A stretch of DNA of 64,000 nucleotides from Antedon mediterranea (GCF_964355755.1 NC_092679.1:1580201-1644200); one strand, 5' to 3'. Numbered from the stretch's first letter, positions 25,141 to 39,200 are shown. A program made the numbers and translations. Notes: generated from the letters alone by a model not told the origin.

Positions 25141-28100
25141 TCAACTTGAATAAACATTTCTGTAATTTTCCCTGAAGACGTCTTCCAGCTCCAAACATAG
25201 TTCACTAAGTGATGGAATTTCGTTGCAGTTTGGCACATTCAACAATGTTTTGAAAAACTTTTTCCAATCAGCACGATAACGCCTGTGAACAACATTACAA
25301 ATTTATTAATAATTTATACATTTTAAACCGTTTTGCATAACTTTATATAAATGTATTTTAAAGTATAAATAAATCTTTGGAGTTAGACCAAGTAAAATTA
25401 GGTAAACAACATGTTCTAGTAGTACAAAATTATACCAATCCTGGTATTTTGAATCCTTAACTTGTGATCGTATATTACTGGTTGATTCTGCCAGAATTTG
25501 TCCAGACTATTTTTAAAACTGTTTAGTGAGGTTGCTGTCACAACATTTTCATTACCTTTTGACTTTGCCTGTAATTTTCCATTCACCAGATTCTTCAAAC
25601 ACTTTCATATAATTTCCAAATATGAGTGCGTGTACTGTGCCTGCTATGCCATATAAATCAGTCTAAAGGAAAAAAACAAACAATTTAAATCAAACTACAC
25701 ACAAAGCAATAATAAACACACATTAAACTAAAGCTGTCTACACTATCAAACTAGTTTGACAAAAAAGGTGTGATGTGCCCAAATATAGTAGTGATATGAT
25801 ATCATCGTGGTCATTTTTTTTAAAAACCCATATTTAATAAGGGTGATACATCCAGCAATTGCTGCTCATTAGTGATTCTCAGAGGTACACAAGATGCTCT
25901 ACATAAACAAAGTCTTATTACAAGTCTTTGGGAGTGGAGTTGTAATTTTGTCCTTAGAAAAAATCCTGACATGTGACGGGCCTTGAACCCAGGACCCTTG
26001 GAGTGGTAGTCAAGCATCATAACCACCAAGCCACAACTCCATTCATACATGGACACATCACATTTTTGTCACATAAAGTTTGATAGTGTAGACAGAGCTT
26101 CAAATATTAGGCATAATTATGTGGGATTCCAACCTGGTAAGTCCAGGGCCTGCCTGTCGTCATTTCAGTGCATTCGAAGCACGATGTACCGTTTCTAGAC
26201 CTGAACACAGTACCAGGTGGGAACAACTTCATATCAATGCTACAGCCCATATCAATCAGTTTAATGCCGGACGTCCTTTCACCGAGTATACTAGGAGTTT
26301 CAGAGTTAGTTTGTAATGTTGTTGGACTTCTGTAAAGTGAAAGATATAAAATACGGTAACAAACATATTGGCTATTACAATAGTCTAACATATCCAGTTG
26401 ATATTATTGTTGTGTACTTTTCCCTTATTGGTACACATTTTATTTTTTTAAATGATATCAAAATCTCCGTTATTAGAAATAATTAAACTTACGAATTTCT
26501 GATAAGAAAATTATCAGGTTTGATATCTCCATGAATGATACCGCAACGATGTAACTGATCAATGATATGTAGGATCTCAATCGTGATGTACAGAACCAGC
26601 CGTTCATTTACTTCAATAATGTTCTTATTACGCATGTTCACCAGGTTTAAAAGAGTGCCGTTATAATATGCTTCATTGAGCAGGATGCTTCCGTTGTTGT
26701 AAACAAACGCAGAGTCGATGTTCATAATGGACGGCCGCTGTACAACAATAATATAATGTTATGTTAAAATACAGCAGAATCTTTCCTATAAAACCCCCAA
26801 ATAAAGCTCTGTCCACACTATCAAACAAAATGTGGTATGCCCATAATGATGTCATATTTGGGCACATCACACTTTTTAAAAGTGTAGACAGAGCTTTAGG
26901 AGTAATACATTTCTGAGTATTATAGCGTATATCCTATAGATAGAAGGGATATAAAAATTAAATAAAAATATCTGTTTAAAACTCAGGTACATGCATGAAT
27001 TTTAAACATAATATCTGGTTAATTGTACATAATCAAATATTTGTAATAGAAATCTAGACGAAAAAACATTAATTCCCGTTAAAATGGTCAAATACAAAAT
27101 TTGGCAAAATTCTACTATAAAAACCAGGAAGACTTTTTTTCAGTAGTTAGGTAGTTTAACCTAATGTAATAACATGACTGGTGACTCCCTAGAAGGTGAA
27201 AAAAGATGGTGGATATACGGTGGATAATTTTTGCTATAGCATGAAAATAAAACTATGAAGTTGAATAAAAATACCAGAAACGTAAAATTCAAGTTATATT
27301 ACCTAAGTTTAGTCAGACTTTTTACCACACTGTTTATTTTTCATAGTTTTTTAAAAATGCCTCTCTATTTACAACATTTGTGTACAAAAGAATAGAGATT
27401 TTACTGTGTAATTTGAACTATCACCCCACTGATAAGTGCTTATTTTCAAGAAGCTTGTGTAACACAAATAAATCCCCAAAAATTATGAAACATAGGGGAA
27501 ACTATAGATCGATAATTATTGGAATGTATGATCAATACAAATTTTTTGCCCGTACCTGGCCTTTAAGTTTTATAGTGTAGACAGAGGTAGTATTTATACT
27601 TGGTATATTATATCTTAAAATATATGATTTGTTAAAAAATACATACAACATCAACTTTGACATCCAATCCCTGAATTCTTTCAGCAATCTGTCGACAGAT
27701 GTAAAATTCCCAGGGACAGGCAGGTTTTTGCACCTTGAGAATAACCTTTGACCCTTCACCATCCAGGTCAGTATCATCATCTGCATCGAGCATTGCTGCT
27801 CTATAAACCTTTGCAAAAGCACCTTCCCCAATCTTTGACTCAACGCTGTACAGGTACTTTCCTAATAAGAACAGAAGAAACTCAGTAGAGCATACAAATG
27901 GGTTTCTAATTTAAAATATCACTAACCGGCCCTGTCTACACTATCAAATTTATGTGACAAAAATGTGATATGCAAATATATGAACAAGATTATGTCATAT
28001 AAGCCATATTTGGTAGTCAACCAAGGCAAACCAGTTTGATAGTGTAGACAGAGCTAAGAACAGATAAACCAGGACCCCTGTGACACATCTCAAGTATGAT

Positions 28101-31100
28101 TACAAATGTTCCATTCAAAGTATGATACCAACCTAAATATAATGTTATGCCAGCACGTACATCAGGCATGGAGTCTTCACAATGGCTATATCCTGAATAG
28201 CTGGTTAGAGGTTCATCTAGATTTGCAATAAGTGCATCAATAACATCATTACTGAAAGGATCCAGTTCATCTTCTTCACAGTAGTCATCATCCATGGCAC
28301 TTGCATCAAAGACTGAAGTGTCTGGTTTCACCTCTTGAGCTCTCTCTACAAAGTGAGAGGTATCTGATGTTTCCTGTATCTTGCAAGAGATATTTACATC
28401 TTCCTCTATCTGGTGCGAGATATCCGGATGCACGGATGATGTACTCGACGACGAGCTTGATTTGCTTCCCCGTCTACGTGTCACGTTCATATCGATGGTG
28501 CTTGTTTCGGTTTTCGATATGGCCTGTTGATGATGTGAGGTGTGAGCAGTAGAAGAACCTCTAGTCTTGTTTTGGGATGAGTTGGAACAATCAGAACTGT
28601 TCTCCTCAATGATTGGACTGAAAAAATAAAAAGTTTTAAAATATTTTATTACAACCTATTTTAAAGCTATATAAGAAGTTATTATCATCATAATATCTGC
28701 ATAGAGATTATCATCTTTAAAGCTCTGTCTACACTATCAAACTTGATATGAAAAAAAATTTGATGTGCCCATATATGGACATGATGATCACTACCATATT
28801 TAAGCACATCACAACTTTTTTTGTCAAACTAGTTTGATAGTGTAGACAGTGCTTAATACTTAAACTATTTATGTAAAAATTACTACAAAGACTACAATCA
28901 ATTATTCATCTTCATTTTCACTCACAATATAGAAAAATTATTTATCAAAAACTTAGCTACCTTAGGTGACGTGCAGAATTATTGTTGACAGTAGCTTCGG
29001 TAGTATCAAAGCTCTCTCCACCTACTGACATCACACATGCCGCAGGTTCCACTATTTTATCAACAACTACAGCCTCCATCTCAACATCATTGTCCTGTTG
29101 AGGTATCTCATTCACTGTATTCACCAGACTAGGTTTGATATGACTGACTGGGAACAAAGGCATCTCACTGCGGTTAAAAGGTGTGGATACCATCCGAGAC
29201 ATGGCTGAGAAGTCTGGGTTCGTGTTGCCATGGGGTGCAAATGTACAGTCCTGAGAAGTGGATCTATTCTGGAGATGTAGTGTCATTGCTTCCATACCTT
29301 CTACCATTTTCACCTAAAAGAGAAAGTAATGACCTAATATTTATATTCATTCATTCATAATGATATATTTATTAATAAAATCATCTTTACAGTAAAACTG
29401 TAATAAACCGACAACCATGGTTGTTAAAAATGGGAACGACAATGTCAATTAGTTTTACATTTATCTGAATGATGGATGAAACGAAGCCAGGGCTGTTTAA
29501 AGCACCTTGATTGGTCCTAAATCAAGAACCTACTGTACATCATATAGATAAAAAAACATAGTAATCACGTTTTTTTTTATACCTAGGTTACCCTTAATAT
29601 ACTGTAGTTAGTGTTAGTTACAGACACATTAGTAAAACAGCACATACTTCCTCAGGACTGTGGGGTTGCAGTTGCTTTTTATTAAACAAATCTTCATCTT
29701 GGTCTTCATAAACACAAATAGGTGCCCTGAAACAAGAAAATAAGATTCAAGTGAGATTCTTCTAATTGCACAAGCAAAGATGATTAATATTTTCAATGGT
29801 TGTATTCATTTTGTATTCTGTTCTGTTTTTTTATATTTGATCACATGTTAAGACCATACTAAATTAAATACAAAATAAAATGATAAACACTCACTTATTT
29901 TCACTGTCTGTAAAGACGGTAAACTGTTTGTTAGTCTTCAGTTCATTCTCCTTGTCATCCTCAACAGTAGTCTCATCATAAATAGTGAATGGTTTTCGGC
30001 AGCCTAGAGACTCTTGGCTACAAACATCTTGTTTTGTTTCCATCATACTAAAACCACCATCTAAAATAAAATGTTATTAATAAGTATTTTTGTAAAATAT
30101 ATCTATGATGTTATTTTAAAGCTATGTCTACACTATAAAACTAGTTTTGTGTGATGTGCCCAAATATGGTAGTGATATGATATCATCATGTCCATATGGG
30201 CACATCACATTTTTTTGTCACATAAAGTTTTATAGTATAAACAAAGCTTTAGGATTGGATGGCCATATTTTGAACAAGTAACTAAGGATACCCAATAGCT
30301 TAATTAGTGTGGATGCTGAGTTGAAATATGAAATTAACACAGGCTAATTAAAGATGAACTCAGATTACATAACTAAAGATTAACTCATACCTGTATTTGC
30401 AAACTCAACTTCGAACATCTCCTCCTCTTTTTCAAATGTTTTGTTCTGTCCAACGCAACCAAACAGCTCCTCATCCAGAGGTTTGCTAAGCATTGCCATA
30501 ACGCAACCAAGTGCTTCTTTTGTGTTCACTGTAGGTGAAGGCGCTGCTATCCCTCCTCTAGCGTTCCCTGGTGTGACATGCTGTAAATCATGGTAAGATC
30601 GTGACTGGCTTTTTGGCGTTGGCTGTATGAACGACCTCTTCATAGAGGATTCCGAACCAGGCGTTTTGTTAGTAATACCAGTAGATTGAGGTGTGTTTTT
30701 AGTACAAAACGACCGTGGTGTAAGTGATGGTGTTTTGTGGGTAGGTTGAGGTATCGTTGAGAACATGCCTGAGCAATTTGTAGAAGGTGTTGTTGTAAAA
30801 CTTGCATGGTTTACAGATATATTTTTAAATTCTGAAACGATCAATAAATTTTTTCGATTAATATTACAGCACATAGTAATAATACTTGTACACATATCTT
30901 AATATCATATTTCATGTTTCCTTCTAATGAAATACTTCAAGGAACATTAGATAGTTGTAGTGCATTTGGTTGTATTTATATAGTATTGAGTACATGTTTC
31001 AGCTCACATATGCAATTATTTTTTTTTTTCATTTAAAACGCGAATTTTACCTGCTTGTAGATTTGTTGTATCTTCAAATATTAATTGTTTTGTAATTGTA

Positions 31101-34100
31101 AACTCTCTAAATAAAAAGAAAAAATTGATTGTTTAATATTGTTATAAATTCTAAATTAACGGTAAATCTTCACATATAAACACTAAAATCAACAACAAAC
31201 TCACCGTGTTGAATCAGAGTCACGTCGCAAACTGCTATTGGTAGAATTAGGTTTAGAGTTTGACTGCCTAGTTTCAATTTTATGTTGTTGCTCACATAAC
31301 TTTTGTTGTCTCTGTTGCTCGAGCACCCTATCTTGTTGCTGCTGCTGCTCCAGTAACCTCTGTTGCTCGAGCACCCTATCTTGTTGCTGCTGCTGCTCTA
31401 GTAACTTCTGTCGCTGCTGTTCTTGCTGCTGTTGCTTAAGTAACTCTTGTTTCTGTTGCAATTGCTGTTGTAGGAGTTGTTGAGCTTGTGCCTCCTGCAA
31501 CTGCTGCTCTTGTTCTTGGAAAGATTGGTGTTGCAACAACTCTTGTTGCCGTAATTCTTCCTGTTTCCTCTGCTGTTCTTGAAGTTTCTCTTCATACAAA
31601 AGTCTATGACACACACAGAATAAAATAATTCAGCAAATATTATGAAATAAACAACTATCTACTGTATTTATAATAGACATTTCTTAAGCTCTGTCTACAC
31701 TATCAAACTTAATGTGATTAGCAATAAAGAGAATAGTCTTCATGTACCTGTGTAATGTTTTAATCAACTAAATGTGAACAGCATAACATAAACAACTGTC
31801 GTGATACGAATGATCAAAGATGGCGCATAGGTATGGGGCGCCGAACATGTCACCACATAAAGTTTGATAGTGTAGACAGAACTTTAGTCTATATAAACTT
31901 TACACACACACACCTTTCTTGTTGCATTTTGTGCTGAAACATAAGTCTTTCTTTCTCAAGTTCTTCTTGTTGTAGGCGTAATGCTTCTTTAGTTTTTATC
32001 AACTCGTCTTTTTCTCTTTGAATTCTTTCTTGCTCTTCTGTAATAGCAATACATTTTTAAAAAGTGTGATGTGCCCAAATATGGCAGTGAAATGACATCA
32101 TCGTGTCCATATATGGGCACATTACTCATACAGTTTGATAGTGTAGACAGATCCGCTTAATACAGTACAATGAATCATAATGGTGGCTAAGTATGGTTCA
32201 ACCAGTGTAGCTGTGGTTTTCTAAGGACCATCATGGGCAGTAATATCAAAACTGAATACCTCTGAATCAGAAAAAAAAAATATAAAAAAAAAAAATCAAA
32301 TTTTGGTACTCTGCTGTTACTAATCTATGCAGTGGGTTTAGTATGCTTACCAATTAATAACTGCTCCCTCTTCTTCTCCTTGTAGCGTATTGCTCTTAGT
32401 TCTTCAAGTGACATCTCTGACACTCCTCCGTAGATAAGATGTTTAGGATACATAACTTTAGTTTTATCATCGGTTGTAGGGAACTGAAAAATAAATGATT
32501 TATAAATGACCAGGCAATACTATAGCTGTAAAAGTTATTCCAAGGTACATTTGGTAGCAATCACATTGACACAGTACACATTTAACTATGGATATCTCAG
32601 TATCTGTCTACACTCTATGCTTCCTATATGTTTGATAGGTACACTTACAGCATTAAGATATTGCACAGTTGTCCGTTTCTTCTCAGGCTTGCGAGCACTC
32701 AGTACAGGATGGTTCATTGTAGGAGGCATGCGTGCCGCTCTGTAAGAAAACAACATCAAGTCAAGTATTGTTTATTGTCCTTTGTTTTAAGAAAAAACAT
32801 AGAAATTCTGTTTGCTAACATATTATTAATTATAATAGAATTTGTAGCAAGTACATACAGTAGATACATATCTTAGGAGGCAAGCATGCAGCTCTGTCTA
32901 CACTATCAAACTTTATGTGACAAAAAAATGTGATGTGTGCCCATATACGGACATGATGATGTGATATCACTAGCATATTTGGGCACATCACACTTTTTTG
33001 TCAAACTAGTTTGATAGTGTAGACAGAGCTTTAGTTAATAAAATCATGAATTATCTTACGTGATTTGATCGGTATCATCGTCAACGTGTACGACAACGGA
33101 TGGCCTTGATACTGGAGGTGGCATGGCTAGTCCATGCGGTGGAACCTGAATATTATAACAAGAATTATGTATATTATTCAATACAGTATATGCTTTATCT
33201 ATGTATAACATTTTTTCCTATTGTATATATCATTTTGATTTAATGTCTATGATTTTTAATTTGGTTACTGATACCCACAGCATTGTCATTTTTTCAATGC
33301 CTATTTTATTGGTATCTCCATTGAGATCCAGCCACTGATACCCATCCAGCATTGTCATTTTTCAGTAATTTGTCTTTGGATTAATAAAAATAAATTATGA
33401 ATATTATTCATATATGCTTTATCTATGTATAAAATTTTTCCCTATTGTATATATCATTTTGATTTAATGTCTATGATTTTTAATTTGGTTACGGATACCC
33501 ACATCATTGTCATTTTTTCAATGCTTATTTTATTGGTATCTCCATTGAGATCCAGCCACTGATACCCATCCAGCATTGTCATTTTTCAGTAATTTGTCTT
33601 TGGATTAATAAAAATAAATGACATACAAGCTAACTAATTAGCATACCTTATGTGATGTCCACTGTGACGGTTTCTGTACATTTTCTTTAGAGTCTACAGC
33701 ACGTGAAGGAACTGATGCCCATTGGCCAGTGGGATCTGGTACAACTGGAGCAGCAGCATTCTCATCATAGAACACAGCTATACGTTGGTTGCCAGCAAGT
33801 GGTTCTCTGCTACGAAGTCCTGTGAGGCCCTTGGGATCTTAACAAGAACAAATTTATACAGCTTATCTATAAATACTCATTTGTATTACTATTTATGTAT
33901 TCAATTCAATTTATTTTGCCATAAAGAAACACCTCAAAAAGCAAGTAATGGTAAGGAGAAATTTAGAATGAAAATTCTGAGTTGTTGTCTAACTTATCTG
34001 AATATTTCCCCCAATTTAAGCAACACAGTCAGGGGAAAAATGGCAAAAGGCTTCCTACTTTCTAGGAGTTTTATGTGGTTAAGTTATGAGATAGTCTATA

Positions 34101-35854
34101 GTGTTTTGGCAACTTTAACTCACTTTGTAACATGACCACAGCCATTTTTCAACAATTGAATGATTTAAAAACACTTGCAACCAAAAGCATACCTTTCTTT
34201 ACATGGCCTATTCTCTGCGTTCCCACTTTATGGTGCTTTCCTCGCCCTCTAAGTCCTCCTAACACAGTCCTTTCATCAGTCGCTGCTGAGTCATTAGTTT
34301 CCATAGACTCTATTGCACCTTCCATGGTTCCTCGTATAATCCTTGTTTGAAAATCTCTGAAAAAAAAAAAATCAGATGAAAAAAAAAACAGATTTAAATT
34401 AAATTAGGTTCTTAACCATGTCAATAAATATTTATCTAAATGTATTTTATTATGAATATATTTCCTTAAGGCAAGTATCAGCAAACATTACTAAATGTGT
34501 TTTGCAAACTAAAGTTTGCTAGTACAGTGTAGACTACTGTAAAGTTTTTTTTTGTTGCAGTTTACCAGAGTTTGTCAACCAGCTTGACAAACTTTGAAAA
34601 CAAAAGTTCGCTAGTGTAGACTAGGTGCATTCTTGACAACACTTACTTATGATATTTTACAAGCTGTTCAATAGGCGCTGCAAAACATTCAAGACCTCGA
34701 CTTAAAACAGCATCTGCTTTCTTTGTGTTACCCGCTTGTTCCAAGTTCCACGACCAGGCCTCGTAGAAGATAGTTAGGTTTGTACCAATGCCTTTATCAT
34801 GCATGAACTGAAAGGCTGTAGATGGCTCATCCAAGTAGTTGTTAGCCTGTAAAAAATAAAACAACTGAAATTAAGAAATGTTAGAAAACTAGTTTGATAG
34901 TGTAGACAGAGCTTTAGAAGAGAAACACCACTGCTGCAAGATAATATAGTTATTCATTAAATATTAATATTATCATAGTTACTGTGTAACATTCTTTTTT
35001 TTTATATTTATTTATTTATTTTTTTATTGCTGTGTAGCAATATTCTAACCATTTTAATCCATGCGTGTACGTATCTAGGATCATTGTGATACTTCTTATC
35101 ATCTTTGAATAAGCTGACGCATGTGTGAAGGATCTGCTCCAAGTTACTCTCCTTTCCACCTGTTGGATAGCTTTGTTCGGTCCAGTTAATGTATCTAGTC
35201 CAAACGCTGAGAGCATCATCTCCTTTGTAACTACGAAGTTCCTCTTCAAACTGTCTGTGTAGAAAACAAAAATAATCATTAATCTACACAATAAAAATTA
35301 CAATACAATCATTTTTTTATTTATTTAAATCCAAATGATTTAATAAAACATTTTTTATTAAAATAGACCATGGAATGGCATAGGCCTAGTTAACCTAAAG
35401 TTAATAGGCCTAGCTAGGCCTATTCAGTATTAATTAATTATAGATAGGGCCTAGGCCTAGCAGGGGCCTAAATAAAAAAGTTTTTTATTTATTTTTTAAA
35501 TTTTTTATTTTTAACATAAATAAAATAAAAATTTAAATAGGCCTATATGCCTAGCCTAGTCCCCTATACAATTTTAGGATAAGGCTAGAAATAGCCTAGA
35601 TATATGCTATCCCATACTGAATTATTGTAACATTTTTGGAGGCCTAAATATTCCTATCTAGGCCTAGCTAGCTAGGCCTAGCTTGAAACCAATACTTACT
35701 GCCGCTGTGCAAGTAGAGATCGTTGATGTTCGTCGTGATCAACATGCAGAGCCGATGTTAGACTTGTAAAGTTTCTTCCCTTTTTCAACGGCTGAACGTT
35801 CTCTTTGCAAAGTTCCCATTGATCTACACTTACTGCATTTACGCCTGAATCCAT
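25141..35854 (-). CDS. BUB1: MadBub (BUB1/BUBR1-Mad3 family) spindle checkpoint kinase
   Basis: WELCKENVQPLKKGR (KEN1), TPR region (YHNDPRYVHAW, FMHDKGIG), KEN2, GLEBS EMSLEELRA, CDI PSPTVNTKEAL, kinase IGEGAFAKVY / HGDIKPDN / LIDMGCSIDM / RPWTYQ|TDLYGIAG; stop TGA at 25143-25141. Confidence 0.95.
25440..25550 (-). mobile_element. 3' remnant of a CR1/L2-group LINE ORF2 in the last MadBub intron
   Basis: Translates ENVVTATSLNSFKNSLDKFWQNQ, matching the typical LINE ORF2 C-terminus (vV.a.Sln.FK..LD..w). Confidence 0.65.
25815..26040 (-). mobile_element. tRNA-derived SINE nested inside a family A MITE (MadBub intron)
   Basis: Minus strand: A-box TGGCTTGGTGG, B-box GGTTCAAGGCC, unique body, A-rich tail. 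It interrupts the MITE spanning 25732-26099. Confidence 0.75.
33164..33619 (+). repeat. ~230-bp tandem duplication in a MadBub intron
   Basis: TATATGCTTTATCTATGTATAA...GGATTAATAAAAATAAA occurs twice with few mismatches. Confidence 0.9.
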
Positions 35855-36224
35855 CACTTATTTATCATTATCTACAACTACTAAAAAAGAGTATTATTTG
35901 TTGACATATATTGAGACGAGAAAGTTTCAAGACAAATCTATCGTGTCGTGTCGCCGTTTATTTTTTAAATCTTCCGCGATCGAGAGTAGAAATAGAGTAC
36001 GCATGCGTTTACTGATAAAGAGTATTTCGGTTGAAATTAAATTGTGTATTTATAATTTTAATTATATTTAAAATTAAATTAAACATTTATTTTTAAATCA
36101 AAATATAATTTTTTGTACAAAGTATGAGAATGTTGATTTACAATGCTATATAATTTACACATTCTCTTTCCGGCCTCATATTTAAATTTATTTTTTATTC
36201 AATGTCGAAGGTCAACTATACAAT
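35855..36224. promoter_or_regulatory. Bidirectional promoter region MadBub/DPF with NRF1-like palindrome
   Basis: Divergent ATGs ~370 bp apart; ACGCATGCGT at 35999-36008; E2F-like TTCCGCG at ~35972; ETS-like TTCCGG at ~36168. Confidence 0.7.
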
Positions 36225-39200
36225 ATGGCTGAAACTGGGACGGAGCAAAAAACAAACAAAACGAGGTTAATATTGGTTATTTCTGAGAAATTAGGTTTAT
36301 TAATTATATAGTTATTTTCTGTAATATATAGACTAGAACATTTTATGTTAACAGGCAATTATTACAGTGTTATAGTATCCGTTAACCACATAATTTTGGC
36401 TACCTATCTATCCTGGAAGGAACAAAAGAAATTACCGACGGCGGCGATGGCAAAAGAAGAAGCCGATAGCAGTTTAGGATGAAGTACGGGTCGGTTCGTC
36501 CTCATTAGTTTAATTAATGTTGTGTATGTTAGACTTCTAAATAGTACTAGCTGGGTAGAAGTAAAGTAGTATTCACTCAAAAATATTTATTTTATTTTAA
36601 TTTAATAAATTATAAAGAAAAAAAAGTGTGTATCAATAATATTAATATTAATAATAAAATTGTAAATATGTAAGCCTAGGGCCAGGCTCTCTGACTTGTT
36701 GTATAAATAATATTAATACAGCAACTTGTATTTTAAATCTTTTCAGTGAATATGAGCACTTTTACAAGGAAGCAATGGACAATGCAGCTCAGTACAATAC
36801 ACGTATGATGATAGAGAGACGCCTTCGACTGCCGTACCTAGACTCACAAACTGGGTTAGCACAGAGCAATTGCTACATATGGTTCGAGAAGAGGTTTCGC
36901 AGTCCGGGTCTTAACCCTGGGCAGATGTACACATATCCGTCTAAGAGATGGAGAAAGAAACGACGGCCCACTCCACCTCAACACGTACTCGTACCAAAGC
37001 CAACTGTGGACGGACAGAGTTCTGAAGGTATTATATCATTCATTCATCTTTATTTTATTGACCTAATTCATATAAAATTCAAAAAATCTTTGTTAATACA
37101 CTGTAGTTTACAATACATGGGAAATTTATAAAACAATAAAAAAATACAGACAATATTTAAAAGTTATAAAAAAAGATAAATATATACGATAAAAAAATTT
37201 GCCAAAATTCCTAAAAATTGATTTATAGTAAATTTATTTTTATTATTATTGATATAATATATTGCAGTGTAAAAAAATTGTAACTATATAAATATTGTTA
37301 CAATTTATAATTCAATTTTTGTTAGTGCAGTATCATGTAACTCCCTTGAATTAAATCACCAAACACTTGCACATTGCAAAACCATGTTTTAATACCAAGC
37401 CATGATGCCACACATGATATATACTTATGCTCACTGTATATACTTATTATTAGTTTCCAATCAACTTCTAATCAAAGGATTGTCTGAAGGCGTCAGTATG
37501 GATGAGAGTAGCATTCCAATCGAGACGAGACCAGATGCTGCTTTTTACAGTGATCTTGGACCTCAAGACGACTTCCCAGATGCTGGGGAGATTGATAACG
37601 TTGAAACAGAAAGTGATGAGGACTTTGTCCTTCCATCAAAGAGGAAGGCAAAAGCAAAGCCTAAGGTAATACAAGAAAAATTGTTTTTCTGGAACTTATC
37701 ATTAACTTTTCATCAATCATATTACACTTGTATCAACCTAATATATACCATGTTTGTTAATTTTATTGATATAATTTTAAACAAAAATGTCCTTCTTCTG
37801 TGTTTTTCACTAGAATTATCAATAATTATATCATCAATCATATTACACTTCAAAACCTAATTTTATACTATACCACGTTTGTTAATTTTATTGATGTAAT
37901 TTAAAAAAACAATTTAAAATTTGTCTCTCTTGGGCTATTTGCTAAATGTTTAATAAATAAAAACAAATTTCATAGGTTGTACTACACTGCTTTTACATGA
38001 CAAAGAAATTGGATATCTGAATCTCATAAAATTATTAAAAATGTATAAATTACCTCATTAATGATAAAATTGATCAATTAATATTAACTTTTTAAATGAA
38101 TTTGGTTAATGAAAATTATTATTATTATTATTATTACTAATTCTGTCTGCAGACTCCTGGTAGAAAGCGTAAGACTCAGGACCCTGACCATCAACAAATG
38201 ATACCACCTGAAGAAAAAGAAAAACCATTCGCTTGTAAAGGTAAATTAATATTGATATACACGATTGTACAGTATAATAAACATGAATTGAGCACACATA
38301 TTTCACCTTACTCTTTTTATACATTTTGTAGTGCATTTTTCATTCTCTTTTGTGTGTCACATGTTTTTCTTTTTTTATACAGAGTGTAATTATAAATGTT
38401 TAAATTTAAATGTTGTTTTAGCACAATAACAGAAAATATAAAATATTTGAAATTTTGTCAGTAGTATAATAACTAAAAATAACTCTCTACCTAGAAAATA
38501 ATTCTTACAAATTAACGAGTTTTTTGTAACAAATATAAATTTGTCTTATCAAATAAAATCCACAGTATCGATGTAATGCAGTATTTAAAATATCAAGGGA
38601 TTTTGAGGGAGTTCAAATAAATGAAACAATGTCTTTTATTTTTAATTAATGTATTAAAATGTTGTGTAGTGATCTTTGTTATTAATCTGTTGTTATTAAT
38701 TATTTATACTATTAAGGCTGTGTCTACACTATCAAACTATTTGACTAAAAAATATGTTGTGCCCAAATATGGTAGTGATATGCTCAAATATGGTAGTGTC
38801 ACATAGAGTTTGATAGTTTAGACAGAGCTTTAGAAATAACTTAAAGATGTATTGTCCCTTGAAACACAAAAAATGAAAAAAAAAATATTCTAAATTTAAA
38901 TTGGCCATATCAAAGTAATATTAAAGTTATTCACTTTAAGTCGAAAATTCGAGCCAAAAACAACAATTTTACGTAATTAACATGTAAATTAATTAGATTA
39001 CATTTCATCTGGGAAATCGTCGCAAGCGAAAGTAAACAAAGATTTCAAACCATGAGTATGCATTATGCATGATGCTAATTAGGATTGTTTACAACTTGTC
39101 ATGGTGGAGAAGGTGTTTTCACACAGATCGCGAGGAAGTTTTATGATTATGCATACAGAGTAGCCAAATAAGTGCGTTGCATTATGAGATATGTTTTGAT

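Noticed and set aside
25123-25143. Stop-codon readthrough or selenocysteine at the MadBub TGA
   Set aside because: No readthrough context or SECIS is evident; another stop follows after five codons.
25965-26040. Possible tRNA gene on the minus strand
   Set aside because: A and B boxes are present, but there is no good acceptor stem; it continues into a body and A-tail, consistent with a SINE.
31238-31483. Cys-rich metallothionein/keratin-like ORF
   Set aside because: Antisense shadow of the CAG/CAA-rich MadBub exon.
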